From Carcharhinus longimanus (Eukaryota), in assembly GCA_030264375.1 (NCBI GenBank), contig JASCQW010000137.1, positions 25,387,872 through 25,451,871 of the forward strand: DNA of 64,000 nt, given 5' to 3'. Below are positions 25,759 to 38,170 of the stretch, piece after piece (position 1 is the stretch's first letter; every line of letters begins with the position of its first letter). The notes below the pieces were generated by a model. It saw only the letters and a program-made list of their open reading frames with translations. It did no database searches and was not told the origin of the DNA. The translations under genes and the position numbers were made by a program.

Positions 25759-25972
25759 AGATCGTAGATCCTGTTGGCACATTGGTTAGCACTGCTGCCT
25801 CACAGCACCAGGGTTTGATTCCCAGCTTGGGTTACTGTCTGTGGAGATTCTGCACGTTCCCCTGTGTCTGTGTGTTTTTCTTCCAGGTGTTCCGATTTCC
25901 TCCCACAGACTGAAAGACTTGCTGGTTAGGTGCATTGGCTATGCTAAATTCTCCCTCTGTGTACCTGAACAA

Positions 25973-26251
25973 GTAAAAAGTCTGACAACACCAGGTTTTA
26001 ATCCAACCTATTTATTTGATAATATTCTCACAAGCTTTCGAGGGGACTGCCTCTTCGTCAGGTGAATGGAGAGTTCTGNNNNNNNNNNNNNNNNNNNNNN
26101 NNNNNNNNNNNNNNNNNNNNNNNNNNNNNNNNNNNNNNNNNNNNNNNNNNNNNNNNNNNNNNNNNNNNNNNNNNNNNNGTTGGACTAAAACCTGGTGTTG
26201 TCAGACTTTTTACTGTGTTTACGCCAGTCCAACGCCGGCATACCCACATCA
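25973..26251. mobile_element. Penelope-derived foldback mini-element
   Basis: Inverted arms AGTAAAAAGTCTGACAACACCAGG / CCTGGTGTTGTCAGACTTTTTACT; TSD TACCTGAACAAGT at 25962 and 26252. Confidence 0.8.
26025..26066 (-). ncRNA. Minimal type I hammerhead ribozyme motif
   Basis: Minus strand TCAC-CTGACGA-A-GAGG-cagtcc-CCTC-GAAA-GCTT-GTGA: intact CUGANGA and GAAA core, stem II GAGG/CCTC, stem I TCAC/GTGA, palindromic AGCT stem III. Confidence 0.7.
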
Positions 26252-26579
26252 TACCTGAACAAGTGCCAGTATGTGGCAATTGGGAAATGTTCACGATGAC
26301 TTCATTGCAGTGTTAATGTAATCTTACTTGGCTTGTGACTCTAATAAATAAATAAACTTATAAACACAGAGGAAGCACAACAACAGCAAGTACCTTCGGA
26401 CACAGAAACTACCTACACAAAGACCCACTTAGGCAGCATCCATATGAATGGCTAAAGCAGCAACCATATCAATGTCCACATTTAGCCCCTTGCATGCAGA
26501 ACCATACTAGCTGTATTATATATAATTCAGTTCGGGCAGAATGCCTTTAGTTCCATAAATATGGTAAACATGTTTGTAC

Positions 26580-27340
26580 GAGGAGACCACATTTGGTATT
26601 GTGCAAGGTTAGCATTTTTCATTTATTGACAAAATACCATTAACCAACCCCCACCCTCCACCTCGTGCCAGAAACACTAAAGTAATTTAGTGCCTAATCA
26701 CCATATATGACAAGATTAGTAATTTAAAATATATTGACAGAGTGCCATTAACCATCAAAAGCAGAACTGGTCGCTATAAAGTGCTCTACATGATTTTGTA
26801 ATCATTAGCTCTGTCCCTCCCTGTTTTATTTTAAAGTTGTATAATTAAAAGAACCAAGTCAGTTTTAGACCGGATTTCAAGATGCCCTTTTGCAAACCTG
26901 CATATTTTGTCCTCCTCTTATCAATCTAATTTGTTTACACTTTATGAGCAAGCCCGGTTTTTTTGCACGAAAATGCTGTCCTTTGGATCAATTCTCTGCA
27001 CCATTCTTCTATACAGCAGCAAAGCTGGATCCAAGTGGCAGCATTCAAAATCAGCATTAACCTGCCGGCACAACGCATTAACTTGCAAGATGCGGTGTTG
27101 CAGCAATAAAGTGAATTAAGAAATAAATTTGTTTTACAATTTTGAACCGTTGTTTTTAAAATAACAGCACAAATTGAGCAAGGTAAGTGGAAAAGGTTGT
27201 CAGATGCAGTTGTGACTGATTTTTCATTTATTCCAATTGGGACAGTTTAATTGCATAACTCACTGAATTTCAGTTCTACTGTTACATACTGATGGTGCCA
27301 ATAATAGTTTTGTTAATTATTTCATTCCCAAATAGCCGTG
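26580..27340. promoter_or_regulatory. Candidate conserved non-coding element (enhancer-like)
   Basis: Repeat-free, AT-rich, dense in TAAT/ATTA, TGACA and TGTTTAC motifs; conservation not verified. Confidence 0.4.
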
Positions 27341-27829
27341 TCTTAGTCCCCAGGCCCTGCAGCAGTATGCAAAATTCTACCAATATAAATGTATTATAGG
27401 TTTAAGGAAGCTCTGACTACATTGATTAAACTAACCTTCCAATTAAATGCACAGAAATATATGATACCACAGTATGTCTAAATTACATGTAAATACATAT
27501 TTTCTACTGTTTTTCTTGATCTCCATAAAGTTTCATTAAAATGGTGCTCTTATGACTCACTTGGAAGAGAAATCCTTAAATAACAATTTCCTTTCAACTC
27601 AATTAGCTATGTAGCTTAGCACTGCATCAATGGGTCTACTTTAACAGTATAGTTTTACACCTTGCATATATTTTATGTTTAACTTGCACTGCTGTGATCT
27701 GCTTTTTTTTCAAATCAGGCTGGCATTCCAGCAGTACAAGTTTGTAAAAAAAAATCTTTAAGGGATGTGGGTATCGCTGGCAAGGCCAGTGTGTCCCCAA
27801 CCCTAATTGCCCTTAAGAAAATAGTGGTG

Positions 27830-28355
27830 AGCCAGCCTTTGCTACCTCACAGCTCCTGGACCCAGGTTCAATTCCAGCTTTGGGTGACTGTCTGTGTGGA
27901 CATGGTGTGGAGATGACAGCTGTGGACTGGGGTGGGAAGTCTCACAACATCAGGTTAAAGTCCAACAAGTTTATTTGGAATCATGAGCTTTTGGAACGCT
28001 GCTCCTTCCTCAGGTGACTCACCCGAGGAAGGAGCGGCGCTCCGGAAGCTCATGATTCCAAATAAACCTCTTGGACTTTAACCTGGGGCTGTGAGACTTC
28101 TGTCAGTGTGGAGTTTGCAAGTTCTCCCCGTGTCTCTGTGGGTTTTCTCCCATAGTCCAAAGATGTGCCGATCAGGTGGACTGGCCATGCTAAATCACCC
28201 CTTAATGTCCCAGGGTGCGTAGGTTAGATGGATTAGCTATGGTAAGTGTATGGGATTACGGTGATAGGGTGGGGAAAAGGGCTTGGGTCAGAGAGAGTTG
28301 GTGCAGACTAATGGGCTGAATGGCCTCCTTCTGCATTGTAGGGATTCTATGATTT
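27830..28355 (+). mobile_element. HE1-type SINE carrying a nested Penelope-derived palindrome
   Basis: SINE continuous across the 27901-28099 insert; tail GGCCTCCTTCTGCATTGTAGGGATTCTATGA. Confidence 0.9.
27901..28099. mobile_element. Penelope-derived foldback mini-element with two opposed, mutated hammerhead cores
   Basis: ~82-bp inverted arms 27936-28017 and 28019-28100; 13-bp TSD CTGTC(T/A)GTGTGGA. Confidence 0.85.
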
Positions 28356-28784
28356 AATGATTCAATGATGAACCTACTTAAAATCTCAAGTTAAAATGCT
28401 GTTCGTCGCCTTTAATTTCAGATCACAGTACAGGTATCAAAAACTCGGCAAAGGGGTACAACAGCAATGCACACAGATTCTGCCTGATATGAGGAAATAG
28501 AAATACAAAGGAAAATTTGGATTTTTGTCATTGAACAGTGTGGATTATGGGACAATATAATAGAAATGTTTGCTGGACAGGAGGATGGAATAGACTAGAA
28601 AGAAGCAGGCTTAAATGAAGGAAAAGGAGAAAAAGGAGTATGAGAACAATGTGGGTAAGTGTGATGAAGATGATTTACTTATATGGAGGTTAGAGGACTG
28701 ATTAGGCCGAATGACCTGTTTTTTGTAACTTCTGCGTACTTCTATGTATCACCTCGTCTCATCTGTGGTTTCAGGCTGAACATG

Positions 28785-29003
28785 AAAGCAAATATTCTGT
28801 GGATGCTTTAAGTCTGGATTAAAAACAGAAATTGCTGGAAAAGAAACTCAGCAGGTCTGGCTGGAGCTGAGGACAGAGAAACAGAGTTAGTGTGTCACAT
28901 TCTTCAAAAAGTGTTGTACAGACTCAAAACATTAACTCTTTTTCTTTCCCTGCAGGTATTGCCAGACCATCCGAGTTTTTCCAGCATTTTCTGTTTTTAT
29001 CAG
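28785..29003. mobile_element. Second Penelope-derived palindromic family (family B)
   Basis: AAAAACAGAAATTGCTGGAAAA..CTCAGCAGGTCTGG inverted against CCAGACC..GAGTTTTTCCAGCATTTTCTGTTTTT. Confidence 0.7.
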
Positions 29004-29264
29004 ATTAGGCCGAACAGTTCTATGACAAATGTTCCTTGCACTTCATTTCCCTCCATTGACATATCCTTCTCTTCCTTTCTTCATCTAATTACCTGGTTTA
29101 CCTTGACTGCATCCATGGCGTTCCCTCAATCACTCCATGTGGTAGCGAGTTCCATATTCTCACCATTGTCCAAGTATCTTGGAGAGATTTTGACTAATTC
29201 ATTCTCACGACCACATATCTTGAGTAATCCTAGAATTCCTTAGTGAATTTATTAAGACCACCTG

Positions 29265-29860
29265 ACCATAAGATATAGGAGCGGAATTAATCCATTAGGC
29301 TGATTGAACCTGCTTCGCCTTTCAATAATAGCTGAAATGTTTCTCAACCCCATTTTCCCACCTTTTCCCCATTACCTTTAATCTCCCTACCAATCAAGAA
29401 CCTGTCTATCTCTGCCTTAAATACACTCAATGACCTGACCTCCATAGCCTTCTGTGGCAATGAATTCCAGATTCACCACCCTCTGGCTGAAGAAATTCCT
29501 TCTCATCTCTGTTCTAAAGAGTTGCTCCTTTACTCTGAGACTGTGCCCCCAGATCCTAGTCTCTCCTACTAATGGAAACATCTTCTCTACATCCACTCTA
29601 TCCAGGCCTTTCAGTAGTCTGTAAGTTTCAATGAGAACACCCTCATCCTTCTAAACTCCATTGAAACCCAGAGTCCTTAAATGCTCCTCCTCATACATCA
29701 AGCTTTTCATTCCTGGGATCATTCTCTTGAACTACCTCTGGACCGTCTCCAAGGCCAGAACAACCTTTCTTAGATACGGGACCCAAAACTGTTCACAATA
29801 TTCCAAACGAAGTCCAACCAGAGCCTTATAAAGCATCAGTAATACATCCCTGCTTTTGTA
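29265..29860 (-). mobile_element. CR1 LINE 3' fragment
   Basis: CCATAAGATATAGGAGCGG tail; TTCACCACCCTCTGGCTGAAGAAATTCCT is the reverse complement of coding for RNFFSQRVV. Confidence 0.92.
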
Positions 29861-31699
29861 TTTTAATTTCCATTTTATTTTTATGGTCATTAGTTTTAGA
29901 CAATCCTGCTAATGGAAAAATCATTTACCTCCAATCAAACCCCTTTCTACGACTTCTATCAGGTGACCGACAGCCGCAGCCGGTTCAGTTTTCCCTTCAC
30001 TCTTGATTCTGATATCATCCTTCTACTTTTAGCTCTTTCTCCAATGCTTCTGCATAAATATGGAGACCGGAACTGTGCCAGCACTCAAGTATAGTTGTTT
30101 TACAACTAAGACCAATGTCAAACCAACTCTTCAGATTTGAAACAGGTTGTTCTCTGCACTTTGAAGTGTGTTTTAGCAGAACACTATTTATTATTCATTA
30201 GTTTTGTTAGTGCTTAGAAATAAAACTGATTTTAAGAACATAAGAAATTGGAGGAGAATGTCATACGGCCTCTTAAGTCTATTTTATATCTCTGTTGATT
30301 CTGACAGGCTCATTGCCATTTTATACCCAACTGAGTGTTCATTTGCAGCAAGTGATACTTCCATCTGTACTTGGACTCAAGTCTTGCTTGGGAGAGCTGT
30401 TGGCCAATCTGATTGTTCTCCAGTCCCTCCACGCACAGCGCTGCAGTGGCCGGAAGAGGCACTGCAGCACTATGTCTGAGTATAAGTCCTGAGACCGCAC
30501 TTCAGTACCAGGGATTGTGGGGAAGGGAGGGTAAAGGATATGCTGGTGGGTTGGAAAGGGGTGGGAGGGAATGATCTCAGTGTCAAGGCGGGTGGCTGAT
30601 GGGGGAGGAAGGGCTAGAGTTCCCAAGGCCCTGAAGGGAAGAAGCCTCCAGTCTGAAGGGAATCTTCTGGTAGAGGCAATCCCCCCTTCCTGCCCCAGAT
30701 TGAGTATGAAGACTTTTTCAGTTTCCAACCCCGGGTGCCCGCCAGCCTAAAAAATTGAGGCTGGGTGGGAAAAGGCAGGGGAGTGTAACACACCTGGCAA
30801 TGTTTCTTTAATCTGTGCATTTTCTGTATCGTGAATGTGCTTTTGGTAGTGAGTCATTGCTATTTAATACCAGTTATTGCACTATAAAATACACAGGACC
30901 ATGAAGTTCAATGTTTAAGAGCTTGTTGGATTATCAGAATTNNNNNNNNNNNNNNNNNNNNNNNNNNNNNNNNNNNNNNNNNNNNNNNNNNNNNNNNNNN
31001 NNNNNNNNNNNNNNNNNNNNNNNNNNNNNNNNNNNNNNNNNTTGTTGGATTAACAGAATTCTTTCAGCCTTCAGCCTGTCTCTCGCATGTGATTGTTTTA
31101 GGTCAGACCATGTCAAAACATTTCTATTAAAGGGTTTTGAATAAAATATTGAAAGATTCAAACATAAAATATTCAAAAAATATGCAAATACAACTGATTT
31201 GCAAATGTAAATTTCAAGACTTCCATTAAAATTCCCAAGTTCCCCCCAAACATCTACACGAGGGCATGCGTTCCTCACCACATTCCAACCCTCTCCAAGA
31301 TTGCCACAGCAAGGTCGGGCAATCTCTGCCTGGAAAGCCCAAAGAGAAAACCTTGTTGTGTTTGCCTTCAGGCTCTTAGAGTTGGCAGAGTGATGAAGGT
31401 GGGTGATGGATGAGGGGGGTGAGAGTGGGCGTGGGGGGGGGGGGTCAACAGAAGGGGCTCCTTCCTTCAAAGGCATACAGTGCCTGATTCAAGGACCTTG
31501 CACTGTGAATGGGGATTAGGGGGATGGCACTGAGAACTACCTTCCTGTTGACTACGCTCCCCTCTGCTCCCAAGATCCCTATTTGCCCTAACTTACTGTG
31601 GCTTCGGGTCCCTTGTTGATCCTGGGCCAAAGATGGGGGCATCACCAGCTGCTACTACCACTTTCCTGGCAGCAATGATAGCAAAGGGCTGCTGCCAGC

Positions 31700-32031
31700 C
31701 TCTAATTGGCAAGCAGCACTTGGGGTGCAAAAGCACCTTCCAAACCATATCATCTAGAAGGACAAAGACAGCAGACACATGGAAATACCACTGCCTACAA
31801 TTTTTCCTCCAAGCCACACACTGTCCTGAATTGGAACTGTGTCGCTTTTCCTTCGTTACCAGTGGGTCAAAATCCTGGAATTTCCTTCCTGACAATAATA
31901 TGGGTGTACCTATATCACATGAACAGCAGTGGTTCAAGAAAACAACTCATCACTACCACCTTCTCAAGGGCAGTTAGGGATGGGCTATAAATGCTGGCCT
32001 AGCCAATGAAGCCCACTTCCCATGAATGAAT
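31700..32031 (+). mobile_element. 3' end of a second CR1-superfamily LINE
   Basis: SKSWNFLP..WFKK..HHLLKG peptide; tail GGGCAGTTAGGGATGGGCTATAAATGCTGGCCTAGCC..CCCATGAATGAAT. Confidence 0.8.
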
Positions 32032-35000
32032 ACTAAAAAAAATTCCACCATCAGAATCCTTGATTGTGAGGATGGCCCATCACTGGCCAAAATGTCTGAT
32101 TGGGGATGCCCGCTGCATTAACTGCCAAAGGAGGCAATGCGGGGCTCTCATTCCTCCAGCTGACAGCTGAGACCCTGGTCACCTGGATTAAACACTGCCC
32201 ATAAACTGCATTGGTAAATGTCACCTGAGCCAGTACTTTATCACATCATTGGCCTTCCTCGGTCCACATGAGAACATTTTTAATGACAAACTGTCCTTTT
32301 GCTCTGACTCCTTTATCCTTCAAGATTGCCATCGTCAGATTCTTCTCAAAAAATACACTAACGATCTCTCTGTTGCCTCCAACTATTACCCTGTATGTAT
32401 ATCTCTCATTCTTTGAGCTTCAATATATTTTTCTAACTTACCCACAGGACTAAGGCAATCCTAGTCAAAGTCAACAATGATTCTTTGTGGACTGCCCTTT
32501 TTATCAGCTTCTCTTCTCCATGACATTGTTTCTTTTCATTCACATTGGAACTCAAGTAGCGAACATGAAATGCTTCCATGCCAATGTCTCTGTGAGGAGA
32601 TGGTGGCATGAACAGTTTGGTACAACTGAGCAGCATCTGGATTTCACCCAGTTTGGTTTGGGCTAGTGTTGGGGTATTCTTCCTTAAAGGACATTCGGGA
32701 AGGGTTTTACAGCCAGCCAGCAGCTTTGCACTCATTTTTAATGTTCATATTTTTTAAACATAATTAGAACTGTCATGTAGAATCTGAATTGTATTTTCTG
32801 GACCAATTGTCCAGGCCTCTAGTCCAGTAACCCATTATAAAACACTATCCCTTATAGTTGATTATTTCATCTTCCTGGTAGTTCCTTCTTTGTGACATAC
32901 TTCATGACACTTCTCTAGTTTGATTCTACTCATACCTTTCCCAACAAAGCACACAAGTCACTTGGATTGGCTTCCCTTTCTACATACACACTTATTGTAG
33001 GTAGACACTAGAGTTTCATCCTGGGAAACCCTTCATTTCCTTGTTGGGCAATGACATAATTACTGGTTTGTGAACAGCTTTGTAAATATGCCTATCACAA
33101 CATAGGATTAGGAGAAGGCTCTTTGGCCTGCTCCAACATGTAGCCAGATCATGGCTGATCTTCTACCTCAACCCCATGTTCTCACCCTATCCCTAATGTC
33201 ATTGTTTTCTAGATACCTATCGATCTTTGATGTGATCATTGCCCATGACACTCCACTAAAGCATCCTCTCCTATTACTTCTGGCTGCTTGACCACCATTT
33301 GCTTTTCAACTTGCTGAGGTAGCATCACATTTTAGATGAGCGACAACTTCTTTCAAGTAAACAGCAGCAAGAATGAAGTAACTCTACTCAGCTCGTGAGA
33401 GGACCAAGACCTCACACAATAGGTTTATAAAATATATATAGATATCCCCAAGGCTGTTACTAAAATTTTAAAAACTGGTTATAGGCCTTTTAAAGCAGTC
33501 AGATCTCTCTCTGTCTATGACCCCGAACAAAAGGAGCTACCTAGCAGAATCGGAAAAACTAGCACCTCTTTATCACTGAAGAGACCAAATTCTAAAAGAA
33601 CCTTACAAGGGCCATCTACGTTTCCTAACCCAGATTAGCCAACAGGAGTCTATTTGTCTGAGAGACCAAAGGATGCCACAACCTTCCTTTCAATTCTTAA
33701 TGATCGAGACATTTAACAGTCTCAAGGACCCAGATGAGGGATTCACACCCTTTGTCAAAGACAGTGTATAGAGGTATGCATCATCAGAGGATATTATTAA
33801 TGTCTTGCAGCAAAGGCTAAACATCTAAGATCCAAATACAGTTGCTCATTTTGAAAGACTTATTTATCATTGAATGTTGATTTACCAAGATCCAGAAGGC
33901 TGTGCATTGTTCAAATGGCAGATTATGATACTTAATTGCCTGTGTCCTAATTTTCACCAAGTTCCTTTCAACCATCATCTCCTAGCTTACATGACCAGTC
34001 CAGCAATGCCTTGCATGGACTGGTAGTTTGTGGAACCAGTAATATTGTCTTGTCGCATTGGAAAGTCAGTTTGCCATTTTAACATCTGAGTAGCAGCCTC
34101 ACAGAAAAGAAGCTCTGTTTTTGCCCTATTAATACTGCTTCTTCTGGAGCTTCTACACCNNNNNNNNNNNNNNNNNNNNNNNNNNNNNNNNNNNNNNNNN
34201 NNNNNNNNNNNNNNNNNNNNNNNNNNNNNNNNNNNNNNNNNNNNNNNNNNNNNNNNNNNNNNNNNNNNNNNNNNNNNNNNNNNNNNNNNNNNNNNNNNNN
34301 NNNNNNNNNNNNNNNNNNNNNNNNNNNNNNNNNNNNNNNNNNNNNNNNNNNNNNNNNNNNNNNNNNNNNNNNNNNNNNNNNNNNNNNNNNNNNNNNNNNN
34401 NNNNNNNNNNNNNNNNNNNNNNNNNNNNNNNNNNNNNNNNNNNNNNNNNNNNNNNNNNNNNNNNNNNNNNNNNNNNNNNNNNNNNNNNNNNNNNNNNNNN
34501 NNNNNNNNNNNNNNNNNNNNNNNNNNNNNNNNNNNNNNNNNNNNNNNNNNNNNNNNNNNNNNNNNNNNNNNNNNNNNNNNNNNNNNNNNNNNNNNNNNNN
34601 NNNNNNNNNNNNNNNNNNNNNNNNNNNNNNNNNNNNNNNNNNNNNNNNNNNNNNNNNNNNNNNNNNNNNNNNNNNNNNNNNNNNNNNNNNNNNNNNNNNN
34701 NNNNNNNNNNNNNNNNNNNNNNNNNNNNCAGTGTATACTCAATGGGCCAAATGGCCGCTTACTGCACTGTAGGGATTGTGACACCATCTCCTCACCTTTT
34801 GAGTATGTGCAAGTAAACTAACCTTTTGAGTTCATCCTGTTTCAAGTTTGCTGTGGTGTTATACTAAGAATTGCATCACACCAAAGCTGGAGGAATTAAT
34901 CCTCTGCTCATAAAAGGAGAAGCAAATGAAAACACCTTATTGTTTGTGGAAGGCTGGCCAGAGAAATTAGTGCTATTTAAATTAACCTCGTCTCTTGTCT

Positions 35001-36696
35001 ATAACAAGTTCTTGCCTAAAACTCCACATTTCCACACTCAATCCTACCTCACCACTCCATTCATTTCTCAAACAGGAAACAAAGTATAATCCCACTGTCA
35101 CATTTGGTATTAAGCTGAATTGCATCCTAACTGCCACCAAGACTCTTTACTTCCACCTCTGCAACATTCCTTTCTTCACCTTTACATCCTCTCATTGAAA
35201 CCCCTCAATTTATTTATTCCAATACTCTAATTGTTGATATCCCAAATTTTGCCCTTCATAAATTATAATCCATCAGCGCTCCTTTGCTTGCATTGTATTT
35301 TGCACTAAATCCACCTTCCCCATTACACCTACTAAGCCTACCGTCCATTTAAAAGTTATTGGCTTTTAGTGTCCCAGCTTCTGTAATATTCTTCAGTCCC
35401 AGATTCCAGTTTTCACCTGACCCCTCTTCACATTTGCATCTACATTGCAGCATTCATTTTTGCTTTGTTCTCTTTCTTTCCTGGCCCCTGTTCTGGAAAG
35501 CTCCACTTAAAATTCCTCCACCTTGCTATATACCTTTCACACTTCTTTCAAAAAAAGCCTTCAATGTTGACTTCTTCAATCATACCATATCAAAATCCAT
35601 AAGATATTCAACAACACAACTGCTTCTTGCTCACCAGCCTGTCACATCAATGAAGCACTATCCTATGCTCTTTATTAGCATCACCACACAAGTGCAAGGT
35701 ACTGTTGGGGCTGATAGATTTAAAACTGTCCAACAAGAATTTGGATTTTCCTACCGCTTGCAGACTGAAAGTACTTTAGATTCGTAAATTCTCTACAAAT
35801 TGCATGAGCCACAGGAACATCTGACACAAGGGTTTTAGTGTATGCTTGGTGATATTATTATTTGTCTTTCAATGGGAGTATATGAAAATCAATCTTTGAT
35901 CGGACTGCCTGCGATAGAATATTACTACCCACAGGTAGATCTTGTAATAGGCAATTCCATTCTACAAATACATCACCATGACAGAATAGGAACATAATCG
36001 AGCTGAGGCCATCCTTTCACACAACGTGTAGCCCACGTTCACTTAGAAATGGGTGATTCGCAGGTATTGGCTGGCGTGAGCCCTCAACTGATTATAAGCA
36101 AACACTGACCATGATAGTAAGTAGCCTTGTACTTCATCTGTGATCTCAATTAGGGTGCTTTATGTACGAAACATCAGATTGACGCATCGGTGCAAAAAGC
36201 AATTTTGCTTTGCGCAGAAGTGCTGTAATGAAGTGTGCATATTGTGAAATTATGTTTCAAAGTAATGAAAATGCTTTCACTTTTAATAACTCATGAACCA
36301 TTAAGCAATCAAACTTTATTCAGTTAAGACTCTTACACTAACTTGCCAGTTAACGTATGCATGGTCTACGTCATCTCCCAGAATGTCTCTGATCGGCTAA
36401 GGGGTTTGAGAGGAATTTTCCAGCAATGCTTCTATTTTTATTGTCTCACCCCAGGGTTGAGGTGATGGTGAAGGGCTTTGAGGTGTCCAGTCATGATGTC
36501 CCTGGCATCATGAGTGTTGGGCAGGTTGGATACATCAGCAGGCTTTTTGCTGTCCATCATTTGCAGATGTTCAGAACTTGCAGCTCAAGTCTCGCAGTTG
36601 GTAAACCCACGAATACACCGCTCCAAAGGAGCCAGGCACATTAGTTTAAAGTTCATTTATCACAAATAGGCTTACATTAACAGTGCAATGAAGTCT

Positions 36697-37422
36697 TGCT
36701 GCATATTCAGATGAACTGCTTCAGTATCTGAGTTGCAAATGGTGCTGAACAGTGTGCAGTCATCAGCGAACATCCCTACTTCTAACCTTATAATGGAGGG
36801 TAGCTCATTGATGAAGCTGCTGAAGATTGTTGGGCCTCAGACACTACCCTGAGGAACTCCTGCAGTGATGTCATGGGATTAAGATGATTAATCTCCAACA
36901 ACTGCAACCACCTTCCTTTGTGCTAGGCATGACTTCAATTGGCAGAGAGAGTTTTCTCCCTAATTCTCGTCAACTCCAACTCTACATGGGCCCCTTGATG
37001 TCACATTCAGTCAAATGCTGACTGGTTGTCAACGGCAGTGAATCTCACTCTTTTGTCCATATTTGGACTAAAGCTGTAATGAACAAAGGAGCTGTGGCCC
37101 TGGTGGAACCCAAACTGAGCTTCAGTGAGCACATTACTGCTGAGTACGTACTGCTTGAAAGCTTTTTCGACAACCCATTCCATCACTTTGCTGATGATCG
37201 GGGATAGACTGATGGGGTGGTAATTGGCTGGGTTCGATTTGTCTTGTTTTTTTGTGGACCGAAAATATCTCAGCAGTTTTTCACATTGCCAGGTAGATGT
37301 CGGACTTGTAGCTGTGTTGAAACAGCTTGGTTTAGGTGCAGCTAGTTCTGAAGCACAGGTCTTCAGTACTACTGCTGGAATGTTGTCAGCGCTCTTGGCT
37401 TTACAGTTTCAAGTGCCTTCAG
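36697..37422 (-). pseudogene. CR1-superfamily LINE reverse transcriptase fragment
   Basis: Minus strand encodes TAGVPQGSV*GPTIFSSFINELPSIIRLEVGMFADDCTLF (RT motifs PQGS and FADD) with stops. Confidence 0.92.
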
Positions 37423-37424
37423 CC

Positions 37425-37740
37425 AATATAGGTAGGTTAAACGAGTGGGAAAAAATCTAGTAGATGGAGTACAATGTGGGCGAATGTGAAATTGTTCATT
37501 TTGGCAGGTGGAATAAAAAAGCTTATTGTCTAAATGGTTGGAGATTGCAGAACTCTTGAGATTCAGAGGAAACTGGATGTCCTTATACATGAATCACAAA
37601 AAGCTAGTATACAAGAGCAGCAAGTAATTACGAAAGCTCATAAAAGGCTACGATTTATTGTGAAGGGAATTTGATACAAAAGCAGGGAGGTAATGCTTCA
37701 GTTGTACTTAGCTTCATTGAGACCACATCTGGAGTATTGT
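37425..37740 (+). mobile_element. CR1 LINE ORF2 fragment
   Basis: Ends MLQLYLASLRPHLEYC. Confidence 0.9.
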
Positions 37741-38086
37741 GGGGGCGGCATGATGGCACAGTGGTTAGCACTGCTGCTTCACAACAGCACTAGGGATCTG
37801 TNNNNNNNNNNNNNNNNNNNNNNNNNNNNNNNNNNNNNNNNNNNNNNNNNNNNNNNNNNNNNNNNNNNNNNNNNNNNNNNNNNNNNNNNNNNNNNNNNNN
37901 NATTTAGCATGGCCAATCCACCCAATCCATGCATCTTGGACTGTGGGAGGAAACTGGAGCATCCGGTGGAAACTCAGGCAGACACAGGGAGAATGTGCAA
38001 ACTCCACACTGAAAGTGAGTCTAGGCTGGATTTGAACCCAGGTCCCTGGCGCTGTGATGTCACAGTGCTAACCACTGTGCCACCGT
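37741..38086. mobile_element. HE1 SINE head (+) and HE1 SINE half (-) either side of a gap
   Basis: GGCGGCATGATGGCACAGTGGTTAGC at 37744; reverse-oriented body and head at 37902-38086. Confidence 0.85.
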
Positions 38087-38170
38087 TCCTGTTGCCGTCA
38101 AGCAATAGGAACATTTCTCATTAAAAAAATTATGCCAAGGGATTGTGGTGTTCAAAGATTTAACATGTAG

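Larger units (their letters stand above)
25776..26358 (+). mobile_element. Type-2-tail SINE carrying a nested Penelope-derived element
   Basis: Head at 25776; tail ACTTCATTGCAGTGTTAATGTAA..AATAAATAAACT at ~26300-26358. Confidence 0.88.

Noticed and set aside
33987-34787. 266-aa ORF
   Set aside because: Spans an N-run and starts in a SINE tail
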